Assembly: GCA_963704915.1 (NCBI GenBank)
Contig: CAVPIC010000007.1
Location: 123,819 to 187,818 of the forward strand
Direction: 5' to 3'
DNA from: Ilumatobacteraceae bacterium
GTDB taxonomy: Bacteria; Actinomycetota; Acidimicrobiia; Acidimicrobiales; Ilumatobacteraceae
Length of the DNA: 64,000 bases
Positions 9,403 to 20,208 of this stretch are shown piece after piece. How positions within the stretch are numbered: position 1 is the first letter of the stretch; each line of letters opens with the position of its first letter. The position numbers and the translations under genes were made by a program. A model generated the notes under the pieces. It was not told the DNA's origin. It did no database searches and saw only the letters and a list, made by a program, of their open reading frames with translations.

Positions 9403-9813
9403 ATGTTCACCCGCAAGCACACCATCCATCCTTCACTGCTCGCCAGCGAACTGGCCGTGACCGTTCCCGTCAGCGAACTCGAGCAGCTCGACCGGCTCGC
9501 CACCACGCTCCACATCAGCGCCGGCGAGGAGATCATGCATCTGGATCAGTTCGGACGCGAGTGCTTCGTCGTCATCGACGGCGAGTTCGGTGTGGACCTC
9601 GGCGATCACTCGATCTCCGTCGGTCCCGGTGCTGTGATCGGCGAGCTCGCGCTGTTGACCCTCAAGCCGCGGAACGCTTCGGTGACCGCGACCGTCGACT
9701 CGAGCGTGTACGTGCTGAACCGGGCAGAGTTCGCGACCGTGCTCGACACCTGCCCGAAGCTCTCGCGCTTCGTGCTCGACGGCGCCGTGCGTCGTACCGC
9801 CGCTGCCGCCTGA
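9403..9813 (+). CDS. Cyclic-nucleotide-binding domain protein (stand-alone cNMP domain)
   Basis: The motif FGRECFVVIDGEF...GPGAVIGELALL...RNASVTA matches the cNMP-binding beta-barrel and phosphate-binding cassette. Start is set at ATG 9403, preceded by AGGAA. ATG 9310 is possible. ORF-track start 9226 overlaps the 52-bp repeat. Confidence 0.65.
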   Translation: MFTRKHTIHPSLLASELAVTVPVSELEQLDRLATTLHISAGEEIMHLDQFGRECFVVIDGEFGVDLGDHSISVGPGAVIGELALLTLKPRNASVTATVDSSVYVLNRAEFATVLDTCPKLSRFVLDGAVRRTAAAA

Positions 9814-9853
9814 CGTGGCTCAGCTGGCCCTGTGCCAGATCCCACCGCCCGTT

Positions 9854-9895
9854 GCGATGAGCGAAGCGCCCGAAGAGCGCCACTTGGCTCATCGC
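9854..9895. repeat. 42-bp palindromic element (single copy)
   Basis: Sequence: GCGATGAGCGAAGCGCCCGAAGAGCGCCACTTGGCTCATCGC. It lies between two convergent gene ends. Confidence 0.85.
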
Positions 9896-9925
9896 GCGCG
9901 GTGGTTGGGCCGGAGCGATCGCTCG

Positions 9926-10513
9926 TCAGGATTCGAGCGCGGCGCGGAGTTGTTCGTACGCGTGGTCGGGCATGGAGGTGTAGAGCAGTTCGGCGCCGGC
10001 GAATCGACGTGCCTCGGCCGCGAGGGCGGGCACGTAGACGTGCTCGGCCAGGATGACGACCGTTGACGTTCCCGGCTCGACCGCCTCGCGGAACCACGCC
10101 ACCCACTCGTCGGGGATGCCGAGGTCGACGATCTTGGCGGTGACCGCTCCCGACGCGGCACCGATACCGAGGCCCGCGATCCAGCCAACGGGACCGCCGA
10201 GCACCAGACCGAGAAGGCTCGTCCACATGGCGCCACTGAGCGCTGCGCGCCCGGGCGTGGGGTCGATCGTCTCGACGACCTTCACCGCACCGTCGGGGCT
10301 CTTCGTGACCACCACGGCGTCCTGGAGGTCGAGCGCCCCGGACTCCTTCAACCCGCCCATCGCCAGCAGATACTGCTGGGCGAGGACCTGGCGACCGAAC
10401 GACACGCCGATGATCACCGGCGCACCGGGATCCGAGACCACCCGTTCGTGCGGCTCGATCCCCGCCCGCAGCGCCGGGTCGGGCGGATCGAAGGCCGGAG
10501 TCTGGTCGTTCAT
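9926..10513 (-). CDS. DUF1269-family membrane protein
   Basis: 195 aa with a glycine-zipper segment (LGLVLGGPVGWIAGLGIGAASGAV) flanked by soluble domains, as in DUF1269 proteins. Confidence 0.7.
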   Translation of the reverse strand: MNDQTPAFDPPDPALRAGIEPHERVVSDPGAPVIIGVSFGRQVLAQQYLLAMGGLKESGALDLQDAVVVTKSPDGAVKVVETIDPTPGRAALSGAMWTSLLGLVLGGPVGWIAGLGIGAASGAVTAKIVDLGIPDEWVAWFREAVEPGTSTVVILAEHVYVPALAAEARRFAGAELLYTSMPDHAYEQLRAALES

Positions 10514-10765
10514 GCCCGCAGTCTGCCCGATTCGTGGCCGGAGTCCCTGCCGGTGAGGCCGGTCACGTGCTGGTGACCGTGACCTCGGTCGTGCGCGACG
10601 CCTCGATGAGCGCGTCGAGTTCGCCGGCCATCGGTGCGAGAACGTCGCGCGCGTTGTACGAGCCGGAACCGCCGGCGAGCAGAGCAGGGAGGAGTCGGCG
10701 CATCGGCGGTGAGCGCAGATGCCCGGTACCCTCTCGATCCCAACCGATCAGAAGGAAATCGACTC

Positions 10766-11089
10766 ATGGCCCAGGCCAAACTCACGCCCCTCCAGCAAGC
10801 CGAAGCCGACCGCAAGGCGGCCGAGGACGCCCGCTCGAACAAGGTGCAGAAGACCTACTCCGACGAGGAGAAGGCGACCCGCAAGGAGCGTGTCGCCAAG
10901 GCCAAGGACGCCATGACCCGCTCGGTCGGTCTGAAGGGCGCCCACGTGGCGCCGGCGCGTGCCGCGATCAAGAAGTACCTGCAGAACCTGAACGATCCGA
11001 AGCAGCCCGACGATCAGCAGTTCGAAACACTGATCGAGGCGCCGTTCAAGGCGCCGCCGAAGAAGAAGACCAACGACCGCCGCTTCTGA
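10766..11089 (+). CDS. Small Lys/Ala-rich basic hypothetical protein
   Basis: 107 aa starting at ATG 10766, which is preceded by GAAGGAAA. It has coding-like GC3. I recognised no family. Confidence 0.5.
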   Translation: MAQAKLTPLQQAEADRKAAEDARSNKVQKTYSDEEKATRKERVAKAKDAMTRSVGLKGAHVAPARAAIKKYLQNLNDPKQPDDQQFETLIEAPFKAPPKKKTNDRRF

Positions 11090-11108
11090 GCGCGATCCGC
11101 GCCGCGCT

Positions 11109-11211
11109 GCGATGAGCGAAGCGACCGGATAGCGGCTTTTCGCTCATCGCGGGGCCGGTGCGGCTGGTTGTGATGAGCGAAGCGACCGGATAGCGGCTTT
11201 TCGCTCATCGC
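11109..11211. repeat. Array of two 42-bp palindromic elements (11109-11150, 11170-11211) with a 61-bp period
   Basis: The core is identical in both copies (GAAGCGACCGGATAGCGGCTTTTC). A 19-bp linker separates them. The array lies between convergent genes. Confidence 0.9.
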
Positions 11212-11235
11212 AGAGCGAGTGGGGACAATGGTCGG

Positions 11236-11703
11236 TTACGTCGTGGTGGGTGGCAGGACGGCGTCGACGAGGGCCTGCTCCAGCCGGGACAGCTCGGCCG
11301 TGATGCGCGCTCGGGCTCGGCGCCGGTCGTTCAACGGCATCGTCGCCGAAATGGCCGTGGCTCGCCGGAGCTCGTCGACCGCCCGGAGGATCACCGCCCC
11401 GTCGGCATCGTTCGGATCGGGAAACACCAGCCGAGCGTTGCGCTCCAATGCCGTCACGCGCCGCTCGAGTCCTCGGTGACCGAACCGACGGGTGGGATCG
11501 AGCCGCTCGAGCGACGAGGGTTCCAGCTGGTTGCCGCCATCGTCGGCTCGCCGGTTGGCTGCCCACTCCCGCGCGGCGACCGGCGCCTTGCGGAGCTGCT
11601 CGCGTACTCGTTCGTCCTGCAGCACCGACACCGCGAGCAGGAGTGCGCCCTGCGCTGCCTTGCGTCGGGATGTCGGGATCGGGATGGGTCGCTTGCCGGG
11701 CAT
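11236..11703 (-). CDS. Hypothetical membrane-anchored protein
   Basis: 155 aa from ATG 11703, with one hydrophobic helix (GALLLAVSVL) followed by an Arg/Glu-rich helical region. The ORF-track extension to 12105 is antisense to the MDR gene. Confidence 0.45.
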   Translation of the reverse strand: MPGKRPIPIPTSRRKAAQGALLLAVSVLQDERVREQLRKAPVAAREWAANRRADDGGNQLEPSSLERLDPTRRFGHRGLERRVTALERNARLVFPDPNDADGAVILRAVDELRRATAISATMPLNDRRRARARITAELSRLEQALVDAVLPPTTT

Positions 11704-11788
11704 CGCAGTTGTCGAGCATAGGAGTTGCCCGGTCGTGGTCGTGATCGCCCGGCTGGCGGTGATTCCACGTCGCGATCGGGTGGGCACG

Positions 11789-12949
11789 ATGTGGTTGAGT
11801 GGTTCCATGCCTTCCGAGTATCCCGCCACCGCCCTCGAGCTGCGATCGACGCTGACCGACGATGGCGTCGTCACGCTCGCCATCCGCAGTACCGACGTCG
11901 CCGATCCAACCGACGACCAGGTCGTCGTGCGCGTCGAGGCAGCGCCGATCAATCCGTCCGACCTCGGCATGATGTTCGCCGGCGGCGATCCCAGCGCCGG
12001 CCTCCCGGCTGGAGACGGCATCCACGACGCCGTGGCCGTCCCGGTGACCGAGGCCGCCGTCGCCGCGCAGCGAGCCCGTCTGGGCAAGCCGATGCCGGTC
12101 GGCAACGAAGGTGGTGGCGTGGTGGTTGCCGCCGGTTCGTCGCCCGCTGCGCAGGCACTGCTCGGCAGCGACCGTCGGCTTCCTGTCGGGCAACGCCTAC
12201 GCCCAGTACCGCACGCTGCACGTCAGCCAGTGCCTGCCGATGGCACGACGGCACCGACCCGGCCGATGCCGCAGCGGCGTTCGTGAATCCGCTCACCGCG
12301 CTCGGCATGGTCGAGACGATGCGATCCGAGGGTCACACGGCGCTGGTCCACACCGTCGGGGCCTCCAACCTCGGGCTCATGCTCAACCGGATCTGCATCG
12401 ACGACGGCGTCGGGCTCGTCAACATCGTCCGCAAGCCCGAACACGTCGAACTCCTGCATTCGCTCGGGGCCGATCACGTCGTCGACTCGAGCGCCGAGAC
12501 GCTTCATCGACGATCTGACCGACGCACTGCGGGCGACCGGCGCAACGATCGCCTTCGATGCGATCGGCGGTGGCGATCTCGCGAGCATCCTGCTGTCGCG
12601 GATGGAGAAGGTGGCCGGCGAGCGGGCGGGTGAGTTCAGCCGGTACGGCTCGGACACCCACAAGCAGGTCTACATCTACGGCGGGCTCGATCGGGGGCCG
12701 ACGACGCTGCGACGCGATTTCGGCATGTCGTGGGGTCTCGGCGGCTGGCTGCTGACGCCGTTCCTGATCAAGATCGGCCAGGAGGCCGCCGACCGGCTGC
12801 GCCAGCGTGTCGCCGACGAGATCACCACCACGTTCGCCAGCACGTACGGCACTCGCCTGTCGTTGGTCGACGCCGTCGATCCCGGCCAGGTCGAGCGATA
12901 CGCCCGCATGGCCACCGGCGACAAGGCGCTCGTCACCCCGCACGCCTGA
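11789..12949 (+). pseudogene. MDR-family (quinone oxidoreductase-like) dehydrogenase interrupted by three frameshifts
   Basis: The conserved protein is spread over three frames:
- VVVRVEAAPINPSDL...GNEGGGVVVAAGSSPAAQALLGS
- TVGFLSGNAYAQYRTLHVSQCLPMA
- DGTDPADAAAAFVNPLTALGM...HSLGADHVVDSSAET
- FIDDLTDALRATGATIAFDAIGGG...ALVTPHA
The shifts fall at about 12170, 12246 and 12502. Confidence 0.75.
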
Positions 12950-12955
12950 GTCCAA

Positions 12956-12999
12956 CCCTGTCGTTCGGGTCGGGTCCGCACGGACTCTGACGGACAGGG
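12956..12999. terminator. Nested hairpin between convergent genes (possible bidirectional terminator)
   Basis: An outer stem CCCTGTC (12956-62) pairs with GACAGGG (12993-99), and an inner stem GTCCG pairs with CGGAC. There is no U-tract. Confidence 0.3.
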
Positions 13000-13001
13000 T
13001 G

Positions 13002-13778
13002 TCAGCGGCCGCCTTGGCCGTCGTCGACCTTGATGATCGTGCCGGTCACCATCTCCGAGGCGGGCGACACCAGATACAGCAGCGTGCTGTCGAGGTTCTC
13101 GGGCTGACCGATCCGCTTGCGCGGGAACACCCGGGTGAGATCGCCCATCCGCTCGATCATCCCGTCGGACATCTCCGAGGCGAAGAGACCCGGCGCGATG
13201 GCGTTGACGTTGATGCCGAACCTCGACCACTCGACCGCGAGGGTCTCGGTCAGGCGGTTCACGCCGGCCTTGGTGATCGAGTAGAGCGCCGCTCCACCGC
13301 CGGAATAGTGGAAGCCGCCGACCGAGGAGATGTTGACCATCCGGCCGGGAAGCTTCAGCTCGATCAGTCGCCGCGCCACCTCGCACGACAGGACATACGG
13401 GGCGCGCAGGTTCGTGTCGAGGACCTGGTCGATCAGCTCCAGCGGCATCTTGGTCGCGTACTGGGCATCGGGGATCCCGGCGTTGTTGACCAGGATCTGC
13501 ACGGGATCGAGGTGCCGCTCGATCGTCGCCACTGCCTCCGCCAGCGCTGCGGCGTCGGTGACGTCGAGCTGCAACGGCATGCAGGTGCCGCCGGCATCGT
13601 CGATCTCCTGCGTCACCTCGGCGAGGCGCTCCATCCGACGCCCGGCGGCCACGACGCGAGCGCCGTTCGCGGCGAGCAGCACGGCAAAGCGTCGACCCAG
13701 CCCCGACGATGCACCGGTGACCAGGGCGACCTGGCCGGCGAGATCGATGGTCGGTTCGGGTGCGGTGGTGGCGTCCAT
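13002..13778 (-). CDS. SDR-family oxidoreductase
   Basis: It has VALVTGASSGLG (TGxxxGxG), NNAG and the YSITKAG catalytic motif. Start is set at MDATTAPEP (13778). Confidence 0.85.
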   Translation of the reverse strand: MDATTAPEPTIDLAGQVALVTGASSGLGRRFAVLLAANGARVVAAGRRMERLAEVTQEIDDAGGTCMPLQLDVTDAAALAEAVATIERHLDPVQILVNNAGIPDAQYATKMPLELIDQVLDTNLRAPYVLSCEVARRLIELKLPGRMVNISSVGGFHYSGGGAALYSITKAGVNRLTETLAVEWSRFGINVNAIAPGLFASEMSDGMIERMGDLTRVFPRKRIGQPENLDSTLLYLVSPASEMVTGTIIKVDDGQGGR

Positions 13779-13978
13779 CAGGGCATGCAACCACACCGGC
13801 GTCGTGTCGCCGAAGGTGAACGGTCGATGACGTTGTGGGTCGACCGTGAATTCGACTGAGAGCAACGACGCGAGTGCCCACTCGTGATCCGCGCGGGCTG
13901 CCAATCGTCGAACCGTGCCGTAACCTCGACCGTGCCGACGCCGTCGCCCGACGGGGTGTACCAGATCAGGAGACACAC

Positions 13979-16217
13979 ATGCTGGGCTCATCGCGACGCC
14001 CCACCTCGATCGCCGTCCTGACCAGCGGTGGCGACGCAGCCGGAATGAATGCGGCAGTGCGCGCCGTGGTCCGCACCGGCATCCGCGCCGGGCTCACCGT
14101 CTATGCCGTCTACGAGGGCTTCCAGGGTCTCGTCGACGGCGGGGACTACATCCGCCGGATCACATCCGACGAGGTCGGTGGCATCCTGCACCGGGGCGGC
14201 ACGGTGCTCGGCACGGCGCGCTGTCAGGAGTTCCGCGAGCGTGACGGACGCCGACGGGCTGCCCGCAATTTGGCTGAACTCGGCATCGAGGCGCTCGCCG
14301 TGATCGGTGGCGACGGCAGCTTGACCGGTGCAAACCAGTTGTGCACCGAGTGGCCCGAACTGCTCGACGAGTTGGCCGACCGCGGCGAACTCGACCGTGA
14401 GATCGCCGAGGCCCGACGACGCCTGATCCTGGTCGGCATGGTCGGTTCCATCGACAACGACATGGCCGGCACCGACATGACGATCGGCGCCGATACGGCG
14501 TTGCACCGAATCACCGAGGCGATCGACGCGATCCAGAGCACAGCGTCGAGCCACCAGCGCTCGTTCGTCATCGAGGTGATGGGGCGCAACTGCGGATACC
14601 TCGCCCTGATGGGTGGTATCGCGACAGGTGCGAACTTCGTGTTCCTGCCCGAGAGCCCACCCGAGGACGGCTGGCCCGACACGATGGCCGACGCGTTGAA
14701 GGCGGGGCGGGCGATCGGGCGCCGCTCCAACATCGTGATCGTCGCCGAGGGTGCCCGCGACCGCCACGGCGAGCCGATCACCGCTCACCAGATCCGCGAC
14801 ATCCTCGAGGAGAAGCTCGGCGAGGACACCCGCGTCACCAGCCTCGGACATGTACAGCGTGGCGGTTCACCGAGCGCCTTCGACCGGTATCTCTCGACCG
14901 TGCTCGGGTATGCGGCGGTCGAAAAGATCCTGTCGTCGCCCGACGCCGAACCCCAGCTGATCGGCATCCGTGGCCACCAGATCATCAGTTCACCGCTCAT
15001 GGCGAACGTCGAGACGACCCGGTCGGTGGCCAGGGTGATCGCCGAGCACGACTACGAACGGGCGATGGAGATCCGCGGCGGGAACTTCCGCAGCTCGCTC
15101 GATCTCATCAAGATGATGGTCCAGGCACAGCCCCACGAGACAGCGCCGGAGGAGCGCCGGCTCCGGCTCGCCATCATGCACGCCGGCGGCCCCGCTCCCG
15201 GCATGAACACCGCAGTCCGTGTGGCGGTCCGCGTCGGTCTCGACCATGGGCCACACGATGCTCGGCGTTCGCGACGGCTTCCGGGGGCTGGTCGACGGCA
15301 ACTTCATGATGTTCGAGTGGATGACCGTGTCGAGTTGGGTGTCGAACGGCGGCGCCGAGCTCGGATCGAGTCGCTTCCTGCCGGACGAATCCCACCTCGA
15401 TGTGATCGAGCAGCAGATCACCGAACAGGAACTCGACGGCATCTTGATGATCGGTGGCTTCACCGGCTACAGCGGGGCGTATCTGCTCCGTCAAGCCGCC
15501 GCAACCCGACCAGCGCTGTCGATTCCGATCGTCTGCGTGCCGGCCTCGATCAACAACGACCTCCCCGGGTCGGAGCTGAGCATCGGGGCCGACACCGCCC
15601 TCAACTCCATCGTGCGCGACGTCGACAAGATCAAGCAATCGGCAGTGGCGTCGCAGCGGACGTTCGTCGTCGAGGTGATGGGCAAGGATTCCGGCTACCT
15701 CGCCCTGATGAGTGGTCTCGCCACCGGTGCCGAGCGGGTGTACCTCCCCGAGGAGGGCATCACGCTTCGAGATCTGCAGGTCGACGTCGAAGCGCTCAGT
15801 GCGGGCTTCGCCGGAGGCAAACGGCTCGGTCTCGTCATCCGAAGTGAGCATGCTGACGACATCTACACGACGAGCTTCATCAAGGCGCTGTTCGAGCGGG
15901 AGGGCGGCGACCTCTTCGACGTGCGCGAGGCGGTCCTCGGTCACGTTCAACAAGGTGGCAGCCCGTCGCCGTTCGATCGCATCCAGGCGACCCGGCTGGC
16001 GTCGAGCTCGATCCGACAACTCATCGACGTCGCGAACCGCAACGAGCCGACGGGCCTCATGGCCGGCCTGCGCCACGGCAAGGTGCACTTCGTGGCGCTC
16101 AACGATCTGCCTCAGCTGATGGAGCCGCACGCCCGCCGGCCCCGCCGCCAGGATTGGCTCGACCTCCGTCCGCTTGCGGCGGTGATGGCCGGCCGGAACG
16201 TGCCCGCAGCCAACTGA
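13979..16217 (+). pseudogene. Eukaryote-type tandem (duplicated-domain) 6-phosphofructokinase with one frameshift
   Basis: The first PFK domain (IAVLTSGGDAAGMNAAVR...GSIDNDMAGTD...MGRNCGYLA) and the second (IMHAGGPAPGMNTAVR ... PASINNDLPGSE...MGKDSGYLA) lie in different frames. They join at GAC CAT GGG c CAC ACG (about 15250). AGGAG precedes ATG 13979. Confidence 0.8.
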
Positions 16218-16348
16218 CCGCAGCGGCTCCCCAGTGACACCTGGAACGGGCCGATCGGCCCTGTCGGGACGACCCCCGGGCGCGTATCGTCGCCCGTGCG
16301 ATTGCGCCGATCGATGGAGAATCGCCCACCCCGACAGGAGGAACATCC

Positions 16349-17402
<1,054 letters not shown>

Positions 17403-17414
17403 GAGGAGCCGACA

Positions 17415-18563
17415 GTGCGAATTGGAATCCTGACCGGTGGGGGCGACGTCCCCGGTCTGAACGCCGCCATCAAGGCCGTGGTGATCAGAGCCGCGGAGCA
17501 GGGCCATGAGGTGCTCGGCCTCCGCCGCGGCTGGGCAGGGCTGCTGAATGTCAACCCCGACCAGCCGGAGTCGATCGAGGAGTACACCCAGCCGATGGAC
17601 ACCTCCTGGGTGCGCACCATCGACCGCTCCGGAGGCACGATCCTGCACAGCTCGCGGACCCATCCGGGCAAGGTCAAGGCCGACGACGTCCCCGACTTCC
17701 TCGACCCCCCAGAGGGTGCCGAGCCGCCGTACGACTTCACACCGCACGCGATCAAGGTGCTCGAGACCCTCGGCATCGACGTGCTGATCCCGATCGGTGG
17801 CGACGACACGTTGTCGTATGGTCTGCGGTTGCACCAGGAGGGCGTACCGGTGATCGCCATCCCGAAGACGATGGACAACGATGTCCATGGCACCGACTAC
17901 TGCATCGGGTTCTCGACGGCCGTGACCCGTGGGGTCCAGTTCATCAGCAACCTGCGAACGAGCACCGGTTCACACGAGCGCATCGCCGTGATCGAACTGT
18001 TCGGCCGGTACAGCGGCGAGACCTCCCTGATCACCGCGTACCTCGCCGGCGTCGATCGGGCCGTGATCTCCGAGGTGCCGGTCGACATCGACCGCTTGGC
18101 CGCGTTCCTGGTCGACGACCGTCGCTCCAATCCGAGCAACTACGCCATGGTCACGATCTCGGAGGGCGCCGTGATCGAAGGCGGAGAGATGTCGCTGCGC
18201 GGTGAGGAGGATGCCTACGGGCACCGCAAGCTGGGCGGCATCGGCGAGCAGCTCGGCTCGATGCTGAAGACGGTGACGGGGATCAACATCATCAACCAGA
18301 CGATCGGCTATCTGATGCGTTCGGGCAGTCCTGACTCCCTCGACCTGATGGTCGCCAACAACTACGCCGTGATGGCTGCCGACCTCGCCATGGAGGGCCA
18401 GTCGGGCCGCATGGTCGCCCTGCGCGGCGGCACCTACACCAACGTGCCGATCTCGATGATCGGCGAAGGTGTGAAGCGCGTCGACGTCGGTGAGATGTAC
18501 AACCCCGAGCTGTACAAGCCGGTCATCCGCCACGTGGGCGGCAAGCCCATGTTCCTGTACTGA
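17415..18563 (+). CDS. pfk: 6-phosphofructokinase (ATP- or PPi-dependent, single domain)
   Basis: 382 aa with [40 protein letters not shown] and [14 protein letters not shown] precedes the GTG start. Confidence 0.9.
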   Translation: MRIGILTGGGDVPGLNAAIKAVVIRAAEQGHEVLGLRRGWAGLLNVNPDQPESIEEYTQPMDTSWVRTIDRSGGTILHSSRTHPGKVKADDVPDFLDPPEGAEPPYDFTPHAIKVLETLGIDVLIPIGGDDTLSYGLRLHQEGVPVIAIPKTMDNDVHGTDYCIGFSTAVTRGVQFISNLRTSTGSHERIAVIELFGRYSGETSLITAYLAGVDRAVISEVPVDIDRLAAFLVDDRRSNPSNYAMVTISEGAVIEGGEMSLRGEEDAYGHRKLGGIGEQLGSMLKTVTGINIINQTIGYLMRSGSPDSLDLMVANNYAVMAADLAMEGQSGRMVALRGGTYTNVPISMIGEGVKRVDVGEMYNPELYKPVIRHVGGKPMFLY

Positions 18564-18621
18564 CGTTCACGTCGGGGCCGTCCGGAGGCGCCGCTGATGG
18601 CGAGGCGTAGCCTGCACGTTC

Positions 18622-20208
18622 GTGACCACTCCTTCGCAGGCCGCCGGTGGCGCCCCGGAACCGGTCGCAGATCAGGAGCTTCGTCAGCGCCTGCTCGATG
18701 CGACCGAGCTGCTCCGCGAGGTCGCGTCGGCGCCGGAGCTCCTCGCGCTCCTCGCCCCGCAGCAGAAGATGGCGCTGCTCAACGCCGCCGGTGACGTCTT
18801 CTACCCCGACCCGGAAGTGCGTCGGCTCCGCACGAAGGCGCTGAAGCGGCAGCGTCGCTCCGATCGGGTGCGCCGGGACGAGGACGTGCTCGCCGGCACA
18901 GGGATCCGTACGCTTCGCGACCAGGCGGTGTTCACGACTCCCAACGCGATACCGCCGGCGGACTTCCTCCAACACGACGTCGACGAACCGACATACCGCG
19001 AGACCGTGGACGATCAGCACTGCTACGTGTGCAAGGCGGACTACCGCGAGATCCACCACTTCTACGACCAGCTCTGTCCGAGCTGCGCCGAGTTCAACTA
19101 TTCGAAGCGTGGTGAGCTGGCCGACCTGTCGGGCACGGTCGCGCTGCTCACCGGCGGGCGGGTGAAGATCGGCTACCAGGCCGGGATCAAGCTGTTGCGG
19201 TGCGGCGCGTCGCTGATCGTCGTCACGCGCTTTCCCCGCGACGCCGCAGCGCGCTACGCCGCCGAGCCCGACTTCGCGGAGTGGGGTGATCGCCTCGAGG
19301 TGTTCGGCCTCGATCTGCGCCACACGCCGAGCGTCGAGGCGTTCGCCCACCACGTGCTCGAGACCCGGGATCGGCTCGACTTCATCGTCAACAACGCCTG
19401 CCAGACCGTGCGGCGCCCGCCGGACTTCTACCGCCACATGATGGACGGCGAAGAGGCGGCGCTCGACACGTTGGCGCCCGAGGTGCTGCAACTCGTCGGC
19501 GCCTACGAGGGCCTCCGCGGCTATCACCTGCTTCCCGGCAGCGACGCCGGCGAACCCGGGGGAGCGGACGTCGCGATGATCGAGGCGGCACCGTTGCCGG
19601 GCCTCACCCGAGCGGCGGCGCTCTCGCAGACCCCGCTGCTCCCCGACGAGCTCGAGGCCCAGGATGCGCTCTTCCCCGAGGGTCGACTCGACCAGGACCT
19701 CCAGCAGGTCGATCTCCGCGAGCGGAACTCGTGGCGGCTGCTGCTCCACGAGGTGTCGTCGGTCGAGTTGCTCGAGACGCAGCTGGTCAACGCCGTGGCA
19801 CCGTTCGTGCTGAACGCCCGGCTGAAGCCGCTGATGGAGGCGACGCCGGGCCGGCACAAGCACGTCGTCAACGTGTCGGCGGTCGAGGGGCAGTTCTACC
19901 GGCTGTGCAAGACCACCCGCCATCCGCACACCAACATGGCCAAGGCGGCGCTCAACATGATGACGCGCACGTCGGCGACCGATTACCACGCGTCGGGCAT
20001 CCACATGAACAGCGTCGACACCGGCTGGGTGAGCGACGAGGATCCGGTGGCGATCGCCGAGCTGAAGCAGGCCGAGCACCGCTTCCACCCGCCGCTCGAC
20101 ATCGTCGACGGCGCCGCCCGCATCGTCGATCCGATCATCGACGGCATCAACTCAGGTCAGCACGTGTGGGGCCAGTTCCTCAAGGACTACCGCCCGACCG
20201 ACTGGTGA
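18622..20208 (+). CDS. Long SDR-family oxidoreductase with an N-terminal extension carrying a CxxC...CxxC motif
   Basis: 528 aa containing CYVCKADY...LCPSCAEFNY, then LLTGGRVKIGYQ, NNACQT and a YRLCKTTRH-type catalytic region. Confidence 0.75.
   Translation: MTTPSQAAGGAPEPVADQELRQRLLDATELLREVASAPELLALLAPQQKMALLNAAGDVFYPDPEVRRLRTKALKRQRRSDRVRRDEDVLAGTGIRTLRDQAVFTTPNAIPPADFLQHDVDEPTYRETVDDQHCYVCKADYREIHHFYDQLCPSCAEFNYSKRGELADLSGTVALLTGGRVKIGYQAGIKLLRCGASLIVVTRFPRDAAARYAAEPDFAEWGDRLEVFGLDLRHTPSVEAFAHHVLETRDRLDFIVNNACQTVRRPPDFYRHMMDGEEAALDTLAPEVLQLVGAYEGLRGYHLLPGSDAGEPGGADVAMIEAAPLPGLTRAAALSQTPLLPDELEAQDALFPEGRLDQDLQQVDLRERNSWRLLLHEVSSVELLETQLVNAVAPFVLNARLKPLMEATPGRHKHVVNVSAVEGQFYRLCKTTRHPHTNMAKAALNMMTRTSATDYHASGIHMNSVDTGWVSDEDPVAIAELKQAEHRFHPPLDIVDGAARIVDPIIDGINSGQHVWGQFLKDYRPTDW

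Noticed and set aside
9854-9895. Short peptides such as MSEAPRWRHLAHR or DERTARIPAFRSS that recur in several ORF-track entries
   Set aside because: They are translations of the 42-bp palindromic repeat in different frames and strands, not a conserved protein motif.
11109-11211. Regularly spaced repeats (61-bp period here and at 26309, 41113, 42583 and 44501) as CRISPR arrays
   Set aside because: The repeats are long hairpins with only 18-19-bp linkers. Arrays have just 2-3 units. The repeat sequences differ within and between arrays. The linkers are related to each other rather than unique, and no cas genes are present.
16248-16261. The perfect palindrome GGGCCGATCGGCCC after the tandem PFK gene, as an intrinsic terminator
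   Set aside because: The stem is only 5 bp around a 4-nt loop, with no U-tract. The aldolase gene follows within 90 bp and is probably co-transcribed.
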